NCBI RefSeq assembly: GCF_009914755.1 | Contig: NC_060930.1 | From: the human T2T-CHM13v2.0 reference genome, Homo sapiens | Length of the DNA: 64,000 bases | Reading direction: 5' to 3' (one strand) | Part shown: piece by piece, positions 16,142 through 38,729 of the stretch | Layout of the letters: each line of letters starts with the position of its first letter | Position numbering within the stretch: the stretch's first letter is position 1 | The notes under the pieces: generated by a model | Told to the model about the DNA's origin: nothing | Database searches by the model: none | What the model saw: the letters and a program-made list of their open reading frames with translations, nothing else | Program-made: the position numbers and the translations under genes

Positions 16142-16703
16142 TGACCTTGTGATCTGCCTGCCTTGGCCTCCCAAAGTGCTGGGATTACAGGCATGAGCCA
16201 CCACACCCGGCCTGTATTTTATTTTTTGAGACAGAGTCTCATTCTGTCACCCAGGCTGGAATGCAGTGGTGCAATCATGGCTCACTGCAGCCTCGACCTG
16301 TGGAGCTCAAGTGATCCTCTCACTTCAGCCTCCCAAGTAGCTGAGACTACAGGCACCCACCACCACACCTGGCTAATTTTTAAATGTTCTTTAGAGAATG
16401 GGGTCTCACTATGTTGCCCAGGCTGGTCTCAAACTCCTAGGCTCAAGCAATCCTCCCACATCAGCTTCTTAAACCGCTGGAATTACAGGCCAGCAATAGC
16501 TACTGCGCTAAACAGAATTGAATTTTAAATGTTACTGAGTTTTAATTAACTTAAAGCCAGGTGCAGTGCCTCATACCTGTAATCGCAGCACTTTGGGAGG
16601 CCAAGGTGGAAGGATTGCTTGGGCCAGGAGTTTGAGACCAGCCTAGGCAACAAAGTGAGACTCTGTCTCTAAAAAATAAAAATAGGCTGGGCGTGGTGCC
16701 TCA

Positions 16704-17158
<455 letters not shown>

Positions 17159-17999
17159 TTAATTAAATTTAAATAGCCACATGGGGATAGTGGCTACTGT
17201 ATAGGACAGCACAGATATAGACCATTGTTTTTAAAAAACTTTTTGACTGGGCAAAAAGTACAGTTTGCATCACAACCCAATACACACATATGTATATATT
17301 TTTAAAATGAAAACATTTCATGAATGATGCTCTTACTAAGTGTGATGCACTCTATTTTCTATTCCCTTTTTTTTTCTTTAATGCTGGCTAAGATTCCCTA
17401 AATTGGTTTCATGACATAGAGATTGTGACCATAGTTAGCAAACCACCAGTAGAGGCAGTGGGGCTCACAGGGATGTCACTGGCCACTGCCCAAGAAAACT
17501 GAGAAGAGATGTCTTTGGAGTGTCCCCTCTCCTAGCGCTCGGGCTTGGCACCTCTGCTGGCCTTCTTGTGACCTCTGGGAGCCAGGCGGGGAAGCTGCTC
17601 TGAGCTAGCCAGGGATGCTGAAGGGCCAGCTCAGTAGCCAGCAGCCCAACCTCTGTGCCCACTGGTGGGCAGACAGTCCATCAGCAGTGATGTGATTCAG
17701 AGAGGCGGCTGCAGTGGTAGGGAAGAGCCAGCCTTTGGCACTAGCCTCACCATGGGCCCCTCAATGAAGCCAAGGCTGGGCCCTGCCTCACAGTGCATGT
17801 GTGGAGAGAGGCAACCAGCCTTGTTTGGGGTGTGGCACACAGCAGGTGCTCACCAAATGGCCCTTCCCCTTCTCTGTGAATGGGTGGTTTCTTATTTGCA
17901 CCAAGTAACCTGGCTGCAGCCCCCCATCAAGAGCCCTGCTTTGGCCAGCCCTGTTATATTCCACCAACATCCACTGTATATGGCACGTGGTAGATACTC

Positions 18000-21255
<3,256 letters not shown>

Positions 21256-21594
21256 AAAATATCAGCTATGATTTCTGCCCACTTATTTTTCACTGGACAA
21301 GTGGTTACTATGTATGTGCCCTTAGGCCCATGTGTCACTCACTTAATCTGGCACTTGCTGTGTGTCAGCATGGTGTCAGGCACTTTAGTTTGCTTAGTTC
21401 AGTCTTCTAACAACCCAGGAAGGCAGGTACTGTTATTATCCCCATTTTACAGAGAAGGAAGCTGAGGCTGTTGTGCTTCTGGGCTTCCTACGCAGCACAC
21501 CAATAGTGTTGAAACGCTACCAAGGGTTGTGTTGAGGGTGGTCATCTTGATGCCTATTCCTGGGCTGCTCTAACAGGCCCCTTTATCTCTCCAG

Positions 21595-21746
21595 GTGGCC
21601 CTATGCACCCAGGTAGCCCTGGGCATGGAGCACCTGTCCAACAACCGCTTTGTGCATAAGGACTTGGCTGCGCGTAACTGCCTGGTCAGTGCCCAGAGAC
21701 AAGTGAAGGTGTCTGCCCTGGGCCTCAGCAAGGATGTGTACAACAG
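21595..21746 (+). CDS. PTK7: PTK7 exon 18 (HKDLAARN loop; ALG in place of DFG at 21715-21723)
   Basis: ctccag|GTGGC...ACAG|gtaga; VALCTQVALGMEHLSNNRFVHKDLAARNCLVSAQRQVKVSALGLSKDVYN; 152 nt. Confidence 0.97.
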
Positions 21747-22565
21747 GTAGAAGGGCATGCGTGGGGTGGGGGCTCCCCATTTTTTCCCAGAGGGTGAGGG
21801 GCAGAGGACAGATAGTTTGGGGGGTGTGGGAAAGGGTTTAGTGCCTGCTTAGTCCAAAGCTGGAGGGCCTGGGATAGGGAAGAGCTTTCTCATCCTTTTT
21901 CCAAGGGTGCAGCAGGCTTCCCACCCAGTGCACACCCTTGGTGGTTGTAAAATGTCTCTAGCGATTAAATAAATAAATAAACCTTTTTTAAAAAATAGGC
22001 AAATTTGATAAGGATTTATATATAATCTATTTATATGGCTCTCTCTGTAACTTCCTGAATTCAGTCATTATTATTTTGAAGTCTGAGACTTATGCCTCAG
22101 CACCCATGCCAGAGCTTGCTCTAGACAGCCTACGAGGGCTCTGCAGCGCTGCCGGGAACATCACCCTGAGTCCCTCTGGTTCCAGGTCACCCCCATTTGT
22201 CTGACTATAGCTGTAGTGAGGATTGGTTTATCACTAATAAAGCTCTTTCCATTTAACAGTTCTTAGTTTTTACATTTTTACAACCAATATAGAAAGTATG
22301 TATGACTATTAACTTTTCTGTTAACATTTAGGCAAAGTTTGATTCTTAATGGAAATTTTTTAACCATCAAACCTCTCGTGTGGTTACCTCCAGATTTTGT
22401 CTAGTGTACTCCCATGCTCAGCACGCATGTGACCAATTTCTTGATGTCTGTATGTAGAAAGGCTGGGCCCCCGGCTTGGGGATGCGTTCCAGATGGGGAG
22501 ATGAGGGTGCAGCGCCAGGCCACGCTCCCACCCCACCTCACCCCTGGGTTGCTTCTCTCCTGCAG

Positions 22566-22744
22566 TGAGTACTACCACTTCCGCCAGGCCTGGGTGCCGC
22601 TGCGCTGGATGTCCCCCGAGGCCATCCTGGAGGGTGACTTCTCTACCAAGTCTGATGTCTGGGCCTTCGGTGTGCTGATGTGGGAAGTGTTTACACATGG
22701 AGAGATGCCCCATGGTGGGCAGGCAGATGATGAAGTACTGGCAG
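22566..22744 (+). CDS. PTK7: PTK7 exon 19 (pseudokinase C-lobe)
   Basis: tgcag|TGAGT...GCAG|gtagg; [40 protein letters not shown]; 179 nt. Confidence 0.97.
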
Positions 22745-22771
22745 GTAGGCAGCCTTGCTGCTAGGGGATGA

Positions 22772-23195
<424 letters not shown>

Positions 23196-23498
23196 GAAAA
23201 TACTGCAATACTTCTATATTGGTTGGTAAATAGCCTTTGCCCCCAGTGCCCACTCCAGCCACTCTGACGCCTGTCCGCCAGCCCACTTCAGCTCCTATGC
23301 ATGGACCCCGTCCTACCAGCCAGAGTGAGTGGGGCCAGGGGAGTCATCTTTTTCCGTTGCGGGTACCCACCTGCCGCTGGCCAGCATTGCCCCAGAGGCA
23401 TCCTTGGGTGGCTGCTTGTATAAACTGCAAGGTCCACAAAGTGTTGAACAAGTTGTTGAATGTTTTGGCCAACGCTGCACCTGCTGTCTTCCCTACAG

Positions 23499-23659
23499 AT
23501 TTGCAGGCTGGGAAGGCTAGACTTCCTCAGCCCGAGGGCTGCCCTTCCAAACTCTATCGGCTGATGCAGCGCTGCTGGGCCCTCAGCCCCAAGGACCGGC
23601 CCTCCTTCAGTGAGATTGCCAGCGCCCTGGGAGACAGCACCGTGGACAGCAAGCCGTGA
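23499..23659 (+). CDS. PTK7: PTK7 exon 20, final coding part to TGA
   Basis: ctacag|ATTTG; LQAGKARLPQPEGCPSKLYRLMQRCWALSPKDRPSFSEIASALGDSTVDSKP*. Confidence 0.97.
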
Positions 23660-24500
23660 GGAGGGAGCCCGCTCAGGATGGCCTGGGCAGGGGAGGACAT
23701 CTCTAGAGGGAAGCTCACAGCATGATGGGCAAGATCCCTGTCCTCCTGGGCCCTGAGGCCCCTGCCCTAGTGCAACAGGCATTGCTGAGGTCTGAGCAGG
23801 GCCTGGCCTTTCCTCCTCTTCCTCACCCTCATCCTTTGGGAGGCTGACTTGGACCCAAACTGGGCGACTAGGGCTTTGAGCTGGGCAGTTTCCCCTGCCA
23901 CCTCTTCCTCTATCAGGGACAGTGTGGGTGCCACAGGTAACCCCAATTTCTGGCCTTCAACTTCTCCCCTTGACCGGGTCCAACTCTGCCACTCATCTGC
24001 CAACTTTGCCTGGGGAGGGCTAGGCTTGGGATGAGCTGGGTTTGTGGGGAGTTCCTTAATATTCTCAAGTTCTGGGCACACAGGGTTAATGAGTCTCTTG
24101 GCCCACTGGTCCCACTTGGGGGTCTAGACCAGGATTATAGAGGACACAGCAAGTGAGTCCTCCCCACTCTGGGCTTGTGCACACTGACCCAGACCCACGT
24201 CTTCCCCACCCTTCTCTCCTTTCCTCATCCTAAGTGCCTGGCAGATGAAGGAGTTTTCAGGAGCTTTTGACACTATATAAACCGCCCTTTTTGTATGCAC
24301 CACGGGCGGCTTTTATATGTAATTGCAGCGTGGGGTGGGTGGGCATGGGAGGTAGGGGTGGGCCCTGGAGATGAGGAGGGTGGGCCATCCTTACCCCACA
24401 CTTTTATTGTTGTCGTTTTTTGTTTGTTTTGTTTTTTTGTTTTTGTTTTTGTTTTTACACTCGCTGCTCTCAATAAATAAGCCTTTTTTACAACCTGTTT
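23660..24500 (+). other. PTK7: PTK7 3' UTR
   Basis: Between the stop codon and AATAAA; cleavage position approximate. Confidence 0.85.
24472..24477 (+). terminator. PTK7: PTK7 polyadenylation signal AATAAA
   Basis: Canonical hexamer after a U/GU-rich tract (24403-24456). Confidence 0.85.
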
Positions 24501-24574
24501 CTGAGATTCATTCCCTGCTGTTGCTCGTGGAAGATGTTCCTTTTTCCCCCGCTGATGAGAAGGGGCCGTGTGCA

Positions 24575-33052
<8,478 letters not shown>

Positions 33053-33249
33053 TGTGAAACTTTTTTTTTTTTCTCCAACGGGCTTTCCAGAGAAGTGTGT
33101 GTATGTGCGTGTGTGTGCGCGAGCGTGCTTGCTTGGGCTTAAACTTTCTGTCGGGCCACACTTTCCCAAGTCTTTGCACTGGCTGTAGGGTGGGCTTTAT
33201 CCTCGGGACGTCCTCCTCCCCAAGTCCAGCCTGCAGCTGGAAGTCTTCA

Positions 33250-33292
33250 CTGATCTCCATCTCTCCTCCCTGATCTCCGTCTCTCCTCCCTG
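33250..33292. repeat. 20-bp tandem duplication ctgatctccRtctctcctcc
   Basis: Copies at 33250-33269 and 33270-33289. Confidence 0.9.
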
Positions 33293-34000
33293 CCCGCCTC
33301 AGGACTGGGAGGCCGATCTCTCTCTCTCGCCCTCCCCTCCACCAGCCTTTTCCAGATGTATGTCTGCCAAAGACCCCCCAGTGCAGAGGATGATGAATGA
33401 AGATCCTCGAGCCAGCCCGGTGGGAAAGTTTCGTCGCCTACAAAAGCGAGGGAAAGGGAAGGGAAGTTGGGGGTAGGGGAAAAGTTAGAGCTGAGAGGCT
33501 GGGGCGCGACGAGTCTGGACACCGGGCGGGGACCCAAGCTCTCTCCGCTCAGCCAATAACTGTGCCTCCCTTAGGAAGGCGTGAGGAAATGCTCCAATCA
33601 ATCCCTGCACTCCTCCCTTGGAATTTGGGCTGTATTTTTTTATTTACTGCAAACCCCACAATCCACCCAGGGGTTTCCCCAGTGTTTGCCTCCAGCGGTC
33701 CCGGTGCCCATTTACTAGTGCTGCTCCCTCTCTTCCGCAAGACTGCGCTCCAGTCCCAGCCTCCTTCTCCGCGGGTGCCTCCCAAACCGTTCTATCATTC
33801 TCGGGTTCAGGGAGGCGGAATCGTGCCTGCTCTCCGGTTCCTTTAAGAGGCGTCGGCTCCACCCCTCTCAGAGTCGCGGTCTGACGCGAGATGACAGCAA
33901 CGAGTTCGGTATGTCTATGCAAATAAGCGCCCTCTTGTGGGCCAATGGGGAGCGGAGGTGCCGGAACCACGGACCAATGGGGCGGGGGCGCTGGGGCTCA

Positions 34001-34010
34001 CCATATAAGG
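34001..34010. promoter_or_regulatory. SRF: CArG box CCATATAAGG (SRF autoregulation)
   Basis: Perfect CC(A/T)6GG. Confidence 0.93.
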
Positions 34011-34020
34011 AGCGGCCTCG

Positions 34021-34030
34021 CCATAAAAGG
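34021..34030. promoter_or_regulatory. SRF: CArG box CCATAAAAGG (SRF autoregulation)
   Basis: Perfect CC(A/T)6GG, offset 20 bp from the first. Confidence 0.93.
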
Positions 34031-34352
34031 AAACATTGTATCTCTTTATATGGGGGGAAGGGTCGGGGGATCCCTCCGCCGCCAGCGCGTGGTCCCGGCC
34101 CCCTCCACCCGCCGTCTCGGCCGCGGCCAGCAGCCCCTGCCCCCCGGGGGACGCTGACGGCCGCCCGGCGCGCCGCCCTAGCAGACGGACAGGGGGCGCT
34201 GCGCGCGGCCTGGGGCAACCCGGGCCACAGGGGCAGGAAAGTGAGGGCCCAGGTCGGCCCGGGCGTGCAGGGGCCCCGGGTTCGCAGCGGCGGCCGCGGC
34301 AGCGATAGCGGCACTAGCAGCAGCGGGAGTGCCGGGTTGAGCCGGGAAGCCG

Positions 34353-34388
34353 ATGGCGGCGGCTGCGGCGGCTCCGATTCCTCGCTGA
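34353..34388 (+). other. uORF in SRF 5' UTR (MAAAAAAPIPR*)
   Basis: ATG 34353, TGA 34386-34388, same frame as the main ATG. Confidence 0.75.
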
Positions 34389-34418
34389 CTGCCCGTCCGC
34401 CCTCCTGCATCGAGCGCC

Positions 34419-34931
34419 ATGTTACCGACCCAAGCTGGGGCCGCGGCGGCTCTGGGCCGGGGCTCGGCCCTGGGGGGCAGCCTGAACCGGACCCCGACGG
34501 GGCGGCCGGGCGGCGGCGGCGGGACACGCGGGGCTAACGGGGGCCGGGTCCCCGGGAATGGCGCGGGGCTCGGGCCCGGCCGCCTGGAGCGGGAGGCTGC
34601 GGCAGCGGCGGCAACCACCCCGGCGCCCACCGCGGGGGCCCTCTACAGCGGCAGCGAGGGCGACTCGGAGTCGGGCGAGGAGGAGGAGCTGGGCGCCGAG
34701 CGGCGCGGCCTGAAGCGGAGCCTGAGCGAGATGGAGATCGGTATGGTGGTCGGTGGGCCCGAGGCGTCGGCAGCGGCCACCGGGGGCTACGGGCCGGTGA
34801 GCGGCGCGGTGAGCGGGGCCAAGCCGGGTAAGAAGACCCGGGGCCGCGTGAAGATCAAGATGGAGTTCATCGACAACAAGCTGCGGCGCTACACGACCTT
34901 CAGCAAGAGGAAGACGGGCATCATGAAGAAG
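34419..34931 (+). CDS. SRF: SRF exon 1 (N-terminus, NLS RRGLKR, RSLSEME phosphosite, first half of MADS box)
   Basis: gccATG; MLPTQAG...GKKTRGRVKIKMEFIDNKLRRYTTFSKRKTGIMKK|gtacc; 513 nt. Confidence 0.98.
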
Positions 34932-36608
34932 GTACCAAGCCGGGGGGCTGGCCGGCCCCGGGGCCCGGTTGGGGTGGGGATGTGCAAAGGGAGCCCGGGA
35001 GGACCGCAGAGCCGAGGCGGAGGTGAGAGGCTGCGAGTCCGCAGGAGGTGTGTGGGAGGGGATGGCTCCTGCCCGGGGAGGGCCGAAGGGGAGGGGCCGC
35101 CGGGGAAATGTGGGGAGAGGGGAGATCCCGCGAACGCTCGCAACCGTGGGGAAAGGCGCAGAGGTGGGAGTGACCGGCGCCAGAGAGGAAGAGGGCCCTT
35201 GCTGAGTGAAGGGGTGAGGAGCGGTGATGGGAGGCTACGAGGCTGCCGGGGAGGTGGATAATGAGAACCCGGGATCAGTAGGTCCAGTGCACTCCGGTGT
35301 TCGGACGAGGGCGCCGGAAAAGCAGGGAGCAAACGAGAAGGTATGGAGGTGAGGAGGCTGGAGCTGCATGACAACAATGAGCGAACATGTGTGGGAGGAA
35401 GTGGGCACCACGAGAGTAGTGCTGGTTGGAAGGACAGGCAGGGTTAGGGACCAGGTAAGGGAGCGGGGCAGGAGAACTGGTGCTGCCCTGAGCAGCAGGA
35501 ACCTAGTCCTGCGCCGGCCGTGAGTCTTCCATGGCATCCACTGGGAACCACATGCTCCTGGCAGGACCCGCTGCAGAATCTCCTGCCGTTAGGACAAGTG
35601 GGGTTTCCAGCCCTAGGGAGAATCTATGCTTGGATGGGGTTTGGGGGAAGTCAGGGAGGCTTGCAGAGGTACCTAGGAATTCCTCTTCTGCCAGCCAGTG
35701 AAAAGTGTTGAGGAAAGGAGTCATTTTGGGGTGTAGACGATAAGGGAAGAGATGAAAGCAGAGGAACTGGGAGACAAGGAGCTGGATCCTTGGGAACACT
35801 GGCTGGTGTTTATTTCTGTCCCATGTAGAAACCAGAGCTGCTTCCAAGGTGGTTTGCAGAACTTTGTTGGGAGAGTATGGCATCTATGGGGCCATCCTTG
35901 AAGGTCCCCTTCCTGGGCTCATGGCAGGATGTTTAGTGCTAATCTAGGTCTCGTCTCCCATCACTCCAGACACTGTTGTATCAGTGTCCCTTGTCACTTG
36001 ATCATCAGTGGAGAAGATTGTGGGGGGAGGTAATTAAGGAAAACTCTCTTCTCTCCTTCCATAACCTTCTTCCCAAGACAAAGGAGTAAGGGCAGTAAAG
36101 TATTACAGGGCAAAAGGAGAAACTAGGCTGTGGCAACAAGTTGGAGCCTGTGCAGTTTCTGGAAAGAAACATGGGACAGTTGGAGCTTAAATGGTCCATT
36201 ATCACTAATGTCTTGTACAAATTCCAGTGTGATAGGTAGGGATCCATCCTGGTCCCTGTGACAGTGAGAAGGGGTGAGGCTCTGGGACATTCCAGGCACT
36301 AAGCTGTGTTGGGGAGCAGCTAGCTGGGTCCTTCGTATCCCCTGAAGTTATATGTTCCATCACTGGGGGCTGTTACTGTTTGCTTGGGGTATCTTCAGGT
36401 CAATGGGGCTGCTCCTCAAAGGAGGAGCATGGGTAGTTTTGCTGCTTCCAGAGATCCTGATAGGACACCCTGCCCTCAGAGTCATTAGAGACGAAGGTCA
36501 TTATGGGAATGGGGGAATGACATCACTGTATAATTCTTTTTCCAACTTCTCAAGGAAGGTAGAGATAAAAAGTTTGCTGACCTGCCCATCTCCCTCCTCA
36601 CCCCTCAG

Positions 36609-36875
36609 GCCTATGAGCTGTCCACGCTGACAGGGACACAGGTGCTGTTGCTGGTGGCCAGTGAGACAGGCCATGTGTATACCTTTGCCACCCGAAAACT
36701 GCAGCCCATGATCACCAGTGAGACCGGCAAGGCACTGATTCAGACCTGCCTCAACTCGCCAGACTCTCCACCCCGTTCAGACCCCACAACAGACCAGAGA
36801 ATGAGTGCCACTGGCTTTGAAGAGACAGATCTCACCTACCAGGTGTCGGAGTCTGACAGCAGTGGGGAGACCAAG
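36609..36875 (+). CDS. SRF: SRF exon 2 (rest of MADS box and SAM region)
   Basis: ctcag|GCCTAT...CAAG|gtgtg; AYELSTLTGTQVLLLVASETGHVYTFATRKLQPMITSETGKALIQTCLN; 267 nt. Confidence 0.98.
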
Positions 36876-37019
36876 GTGTGTTTGGGTTGCCTATGTGAGA
36901 GGAGGGAAGGGAGTGGGGTCCCTCTCCCTTTCTGGCCCAGGACAGGTGGATAGGTGCCCACCGATGTGGAGTGGAGCCGGATTAACGACCCTCGTCCTAG
37001 GGGACAGGTGTCCATCCTC

Positions 37020-37620
37020 ACTTTCCTGATAGAAGACCGCCCCCCTAGATAAGCGGGCGGCCTCCGTGCCCATATAAGGCCGGCTTGGGCTCCACGCCGG
37101 CCTCCCGCCCGCAGCCCGCCTGCCTGGCAGGGCCTTTGCATTCCTCCCGCCAGCTGTCTCCCCGCTAGGGGCGGGGGTGTAGTTTAGCCCGGCCCTCCGG
37201 GCTGGGTCGCCAGGGAGTAGAAAGGGAGCACTCCGGTCCCGGGGTCCTGGGAATCCAGCACTCTTGGCAGGCGGGCTGGTTGACTGGGCCGGGGACTACC
37301 TTACAAGCCAGCCGCTGCCCTTTCAGGGTGTTGGGGGCCTGGGCAGTTAGGGAGCGCATTTGCCTGCTGCTAGGGATGCCTGCGCTGTTACTCCTCCCCC
37401 TTCCTTTTCCCGGTAAGGAGAGGGGGTGGGGCTTCCTCCCTTGCTGTCTGGGGAGCTCCACCTTCCGGGTGGCACTTAACTGACTGGCCAATGGGAGGAA
37501 GCGGCACTGTTTGCCTTAGCAACGCCTCTGCCAATCAAGGGTCTTGGGCCCAGCTGCTTTGCAAACGTCTCGTGCTGACCCACCCCGCAGCCTTTGAGCC
37601 TCTGGTTGACTCATTTCGGG
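37020..37620. promoter_or_regulatory. SRF: SRF intron 2 CpG-rich enhancer with CArG box CCATATAAGG (37070-37079)
   Basis: Perfect CArG plus GATA, M-CAT, E-box, ETS, CCAAT, RFX-like and AP-1 motifs in repeat-free CpG-rich DNA. Confidence 0.75.
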
Positions 37621-38149
37621 TCTGGGCTTGGTGGCTTGGTTCTCAGTTTCCTTCTTCCCCTTCTAAGAACGAAGTCTTCCTTAGGGGAGAGTCAGTGCTG
37701 TAGGCTACCTCCTCTCTTAGTGGCATATCATCTGTAATAATTTTTAAACTTTTATAACAGTAGGGCTCATTTATTCCCAGGAAATTTTGTTGGATGAGTA
37801 CATTCTTTTGGTAGTTTACATCTTGGGTGTTTGACATATAGTGTGTCATTGCCAGATTCTCAAGATCTCTCTCAAACTCTTAAGTTCCCTGAGAAACTCA
37901 GTTCCTATCTCAGAAGCCTGACAAATTAGAGCTGGAAGAACTCTTTGAAAGAAAACGTAGTAGCCCAGCCCCCTCATGCTTATAGAAGAGGAAAACCGAG
38001 GTTCAGAAAAGGGGACTGGTTATTTCAGGGTCACTTAGATGGTCATTACCAGAGCTAGGAACAGACCTTGGTGTCCTGACTCCCCAGCCAATGGGATTAC
38101 CACAGTCCGCTGGAGCAGAGAACTCAGGGGATTATAATAATGACAATGA

Positions 38150-38390
38150 TAATAATTATCATAAGAGCAGCAAATATTTATTTTGTTTTTTTTATGTGCC
38201 AGGTAGTGTTTTCTAAGTGATTTACATATGCTAACCTACTTAATCCTTACAGCAACCTAGGGGGTAGGTATTATCCTCCTTTTACCGATAGAAAACTGTA
38301 GCTCAGTAGATCAATAACTTACCTAAGAGTCAGGCATCAGGTAAATGGTGGCGTTGGGATTTGAACCCAAGCTCACTGGTTTCAGTCTGG
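38150..38390. mobile_element. MIR
   Basis: tatgtgccagg...ttaatccttacagcaacct...gaaaactgtagctcag...gggatttgaacccaag. Confidence 0.8.
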
Positions 38391-38467
38391 GTTCTCAGTC
38401 CACACAAAGCTTCTGCAAAGGCAGGATCTGGTAGGGGCTCATTGCTTCATCTTTACTCTGGGTATAG

Positions 38468-38729
38468 GACACACTGAAGCCGGCGTTCACAGTCACCAAC
38501 CTGCCGGGTACAACCTCCACCATCCAAACAGCACCTAGCACCTCTACCACCATGCAAGTCAGCAGCGGCCCCTCCTTTCCCATCACCAACTACCTGGCAC
38601 CAGTGTCTGCTAGTGTCAGCCCCAGTGCTGTCAGCAGTGCCAATGGGACTGTGCTGAAGAGTACAGGCAGCGGCCCTGTCTCCTCTGGGGGCCTTATGCA
38701 GCTGCCTACCAGCTTCACCCTCATGCCTG
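38468..38729 (+). CDS. SRF: SRF exon 3
   Basis: tatag|GACAC...CCTG|gtgag; DTLKPAFTVTNLPGTTSTIQ...; 262 nt. Confidence 0.96.

Larger units (their letters stand above)
33880..34060 (+). promoter_or_regulatory. SRF: SRF proximal promoter: CRE half-site 33882, octamer ATGCAAAT 33917-33924, CCAAT 33942 and 33974, ETS CCGGAA 33961-33966, GC box 33979-33988, TATA-like tttata 34045-34050
   Basis: Motifs read directly; matches the known SRE-type architecture of the SRF promoter. Confidence 0.88.
33840..35330. promoter_or_regulatory. SRF: SRF CpG island
   Basis: Very high GC and CpG density over the promoter, exon 1 and start of intron 1. Confidence 0.9.

Noticed and set aside
33868-34630. Long antisense and alternate-frame ORFs (219, 208 and 150 aa) over the SRF promoter and exon 1
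   Set aside because: Low-complexity Pro/Arg/Gly products expected from stop-poor CpG-island DNA
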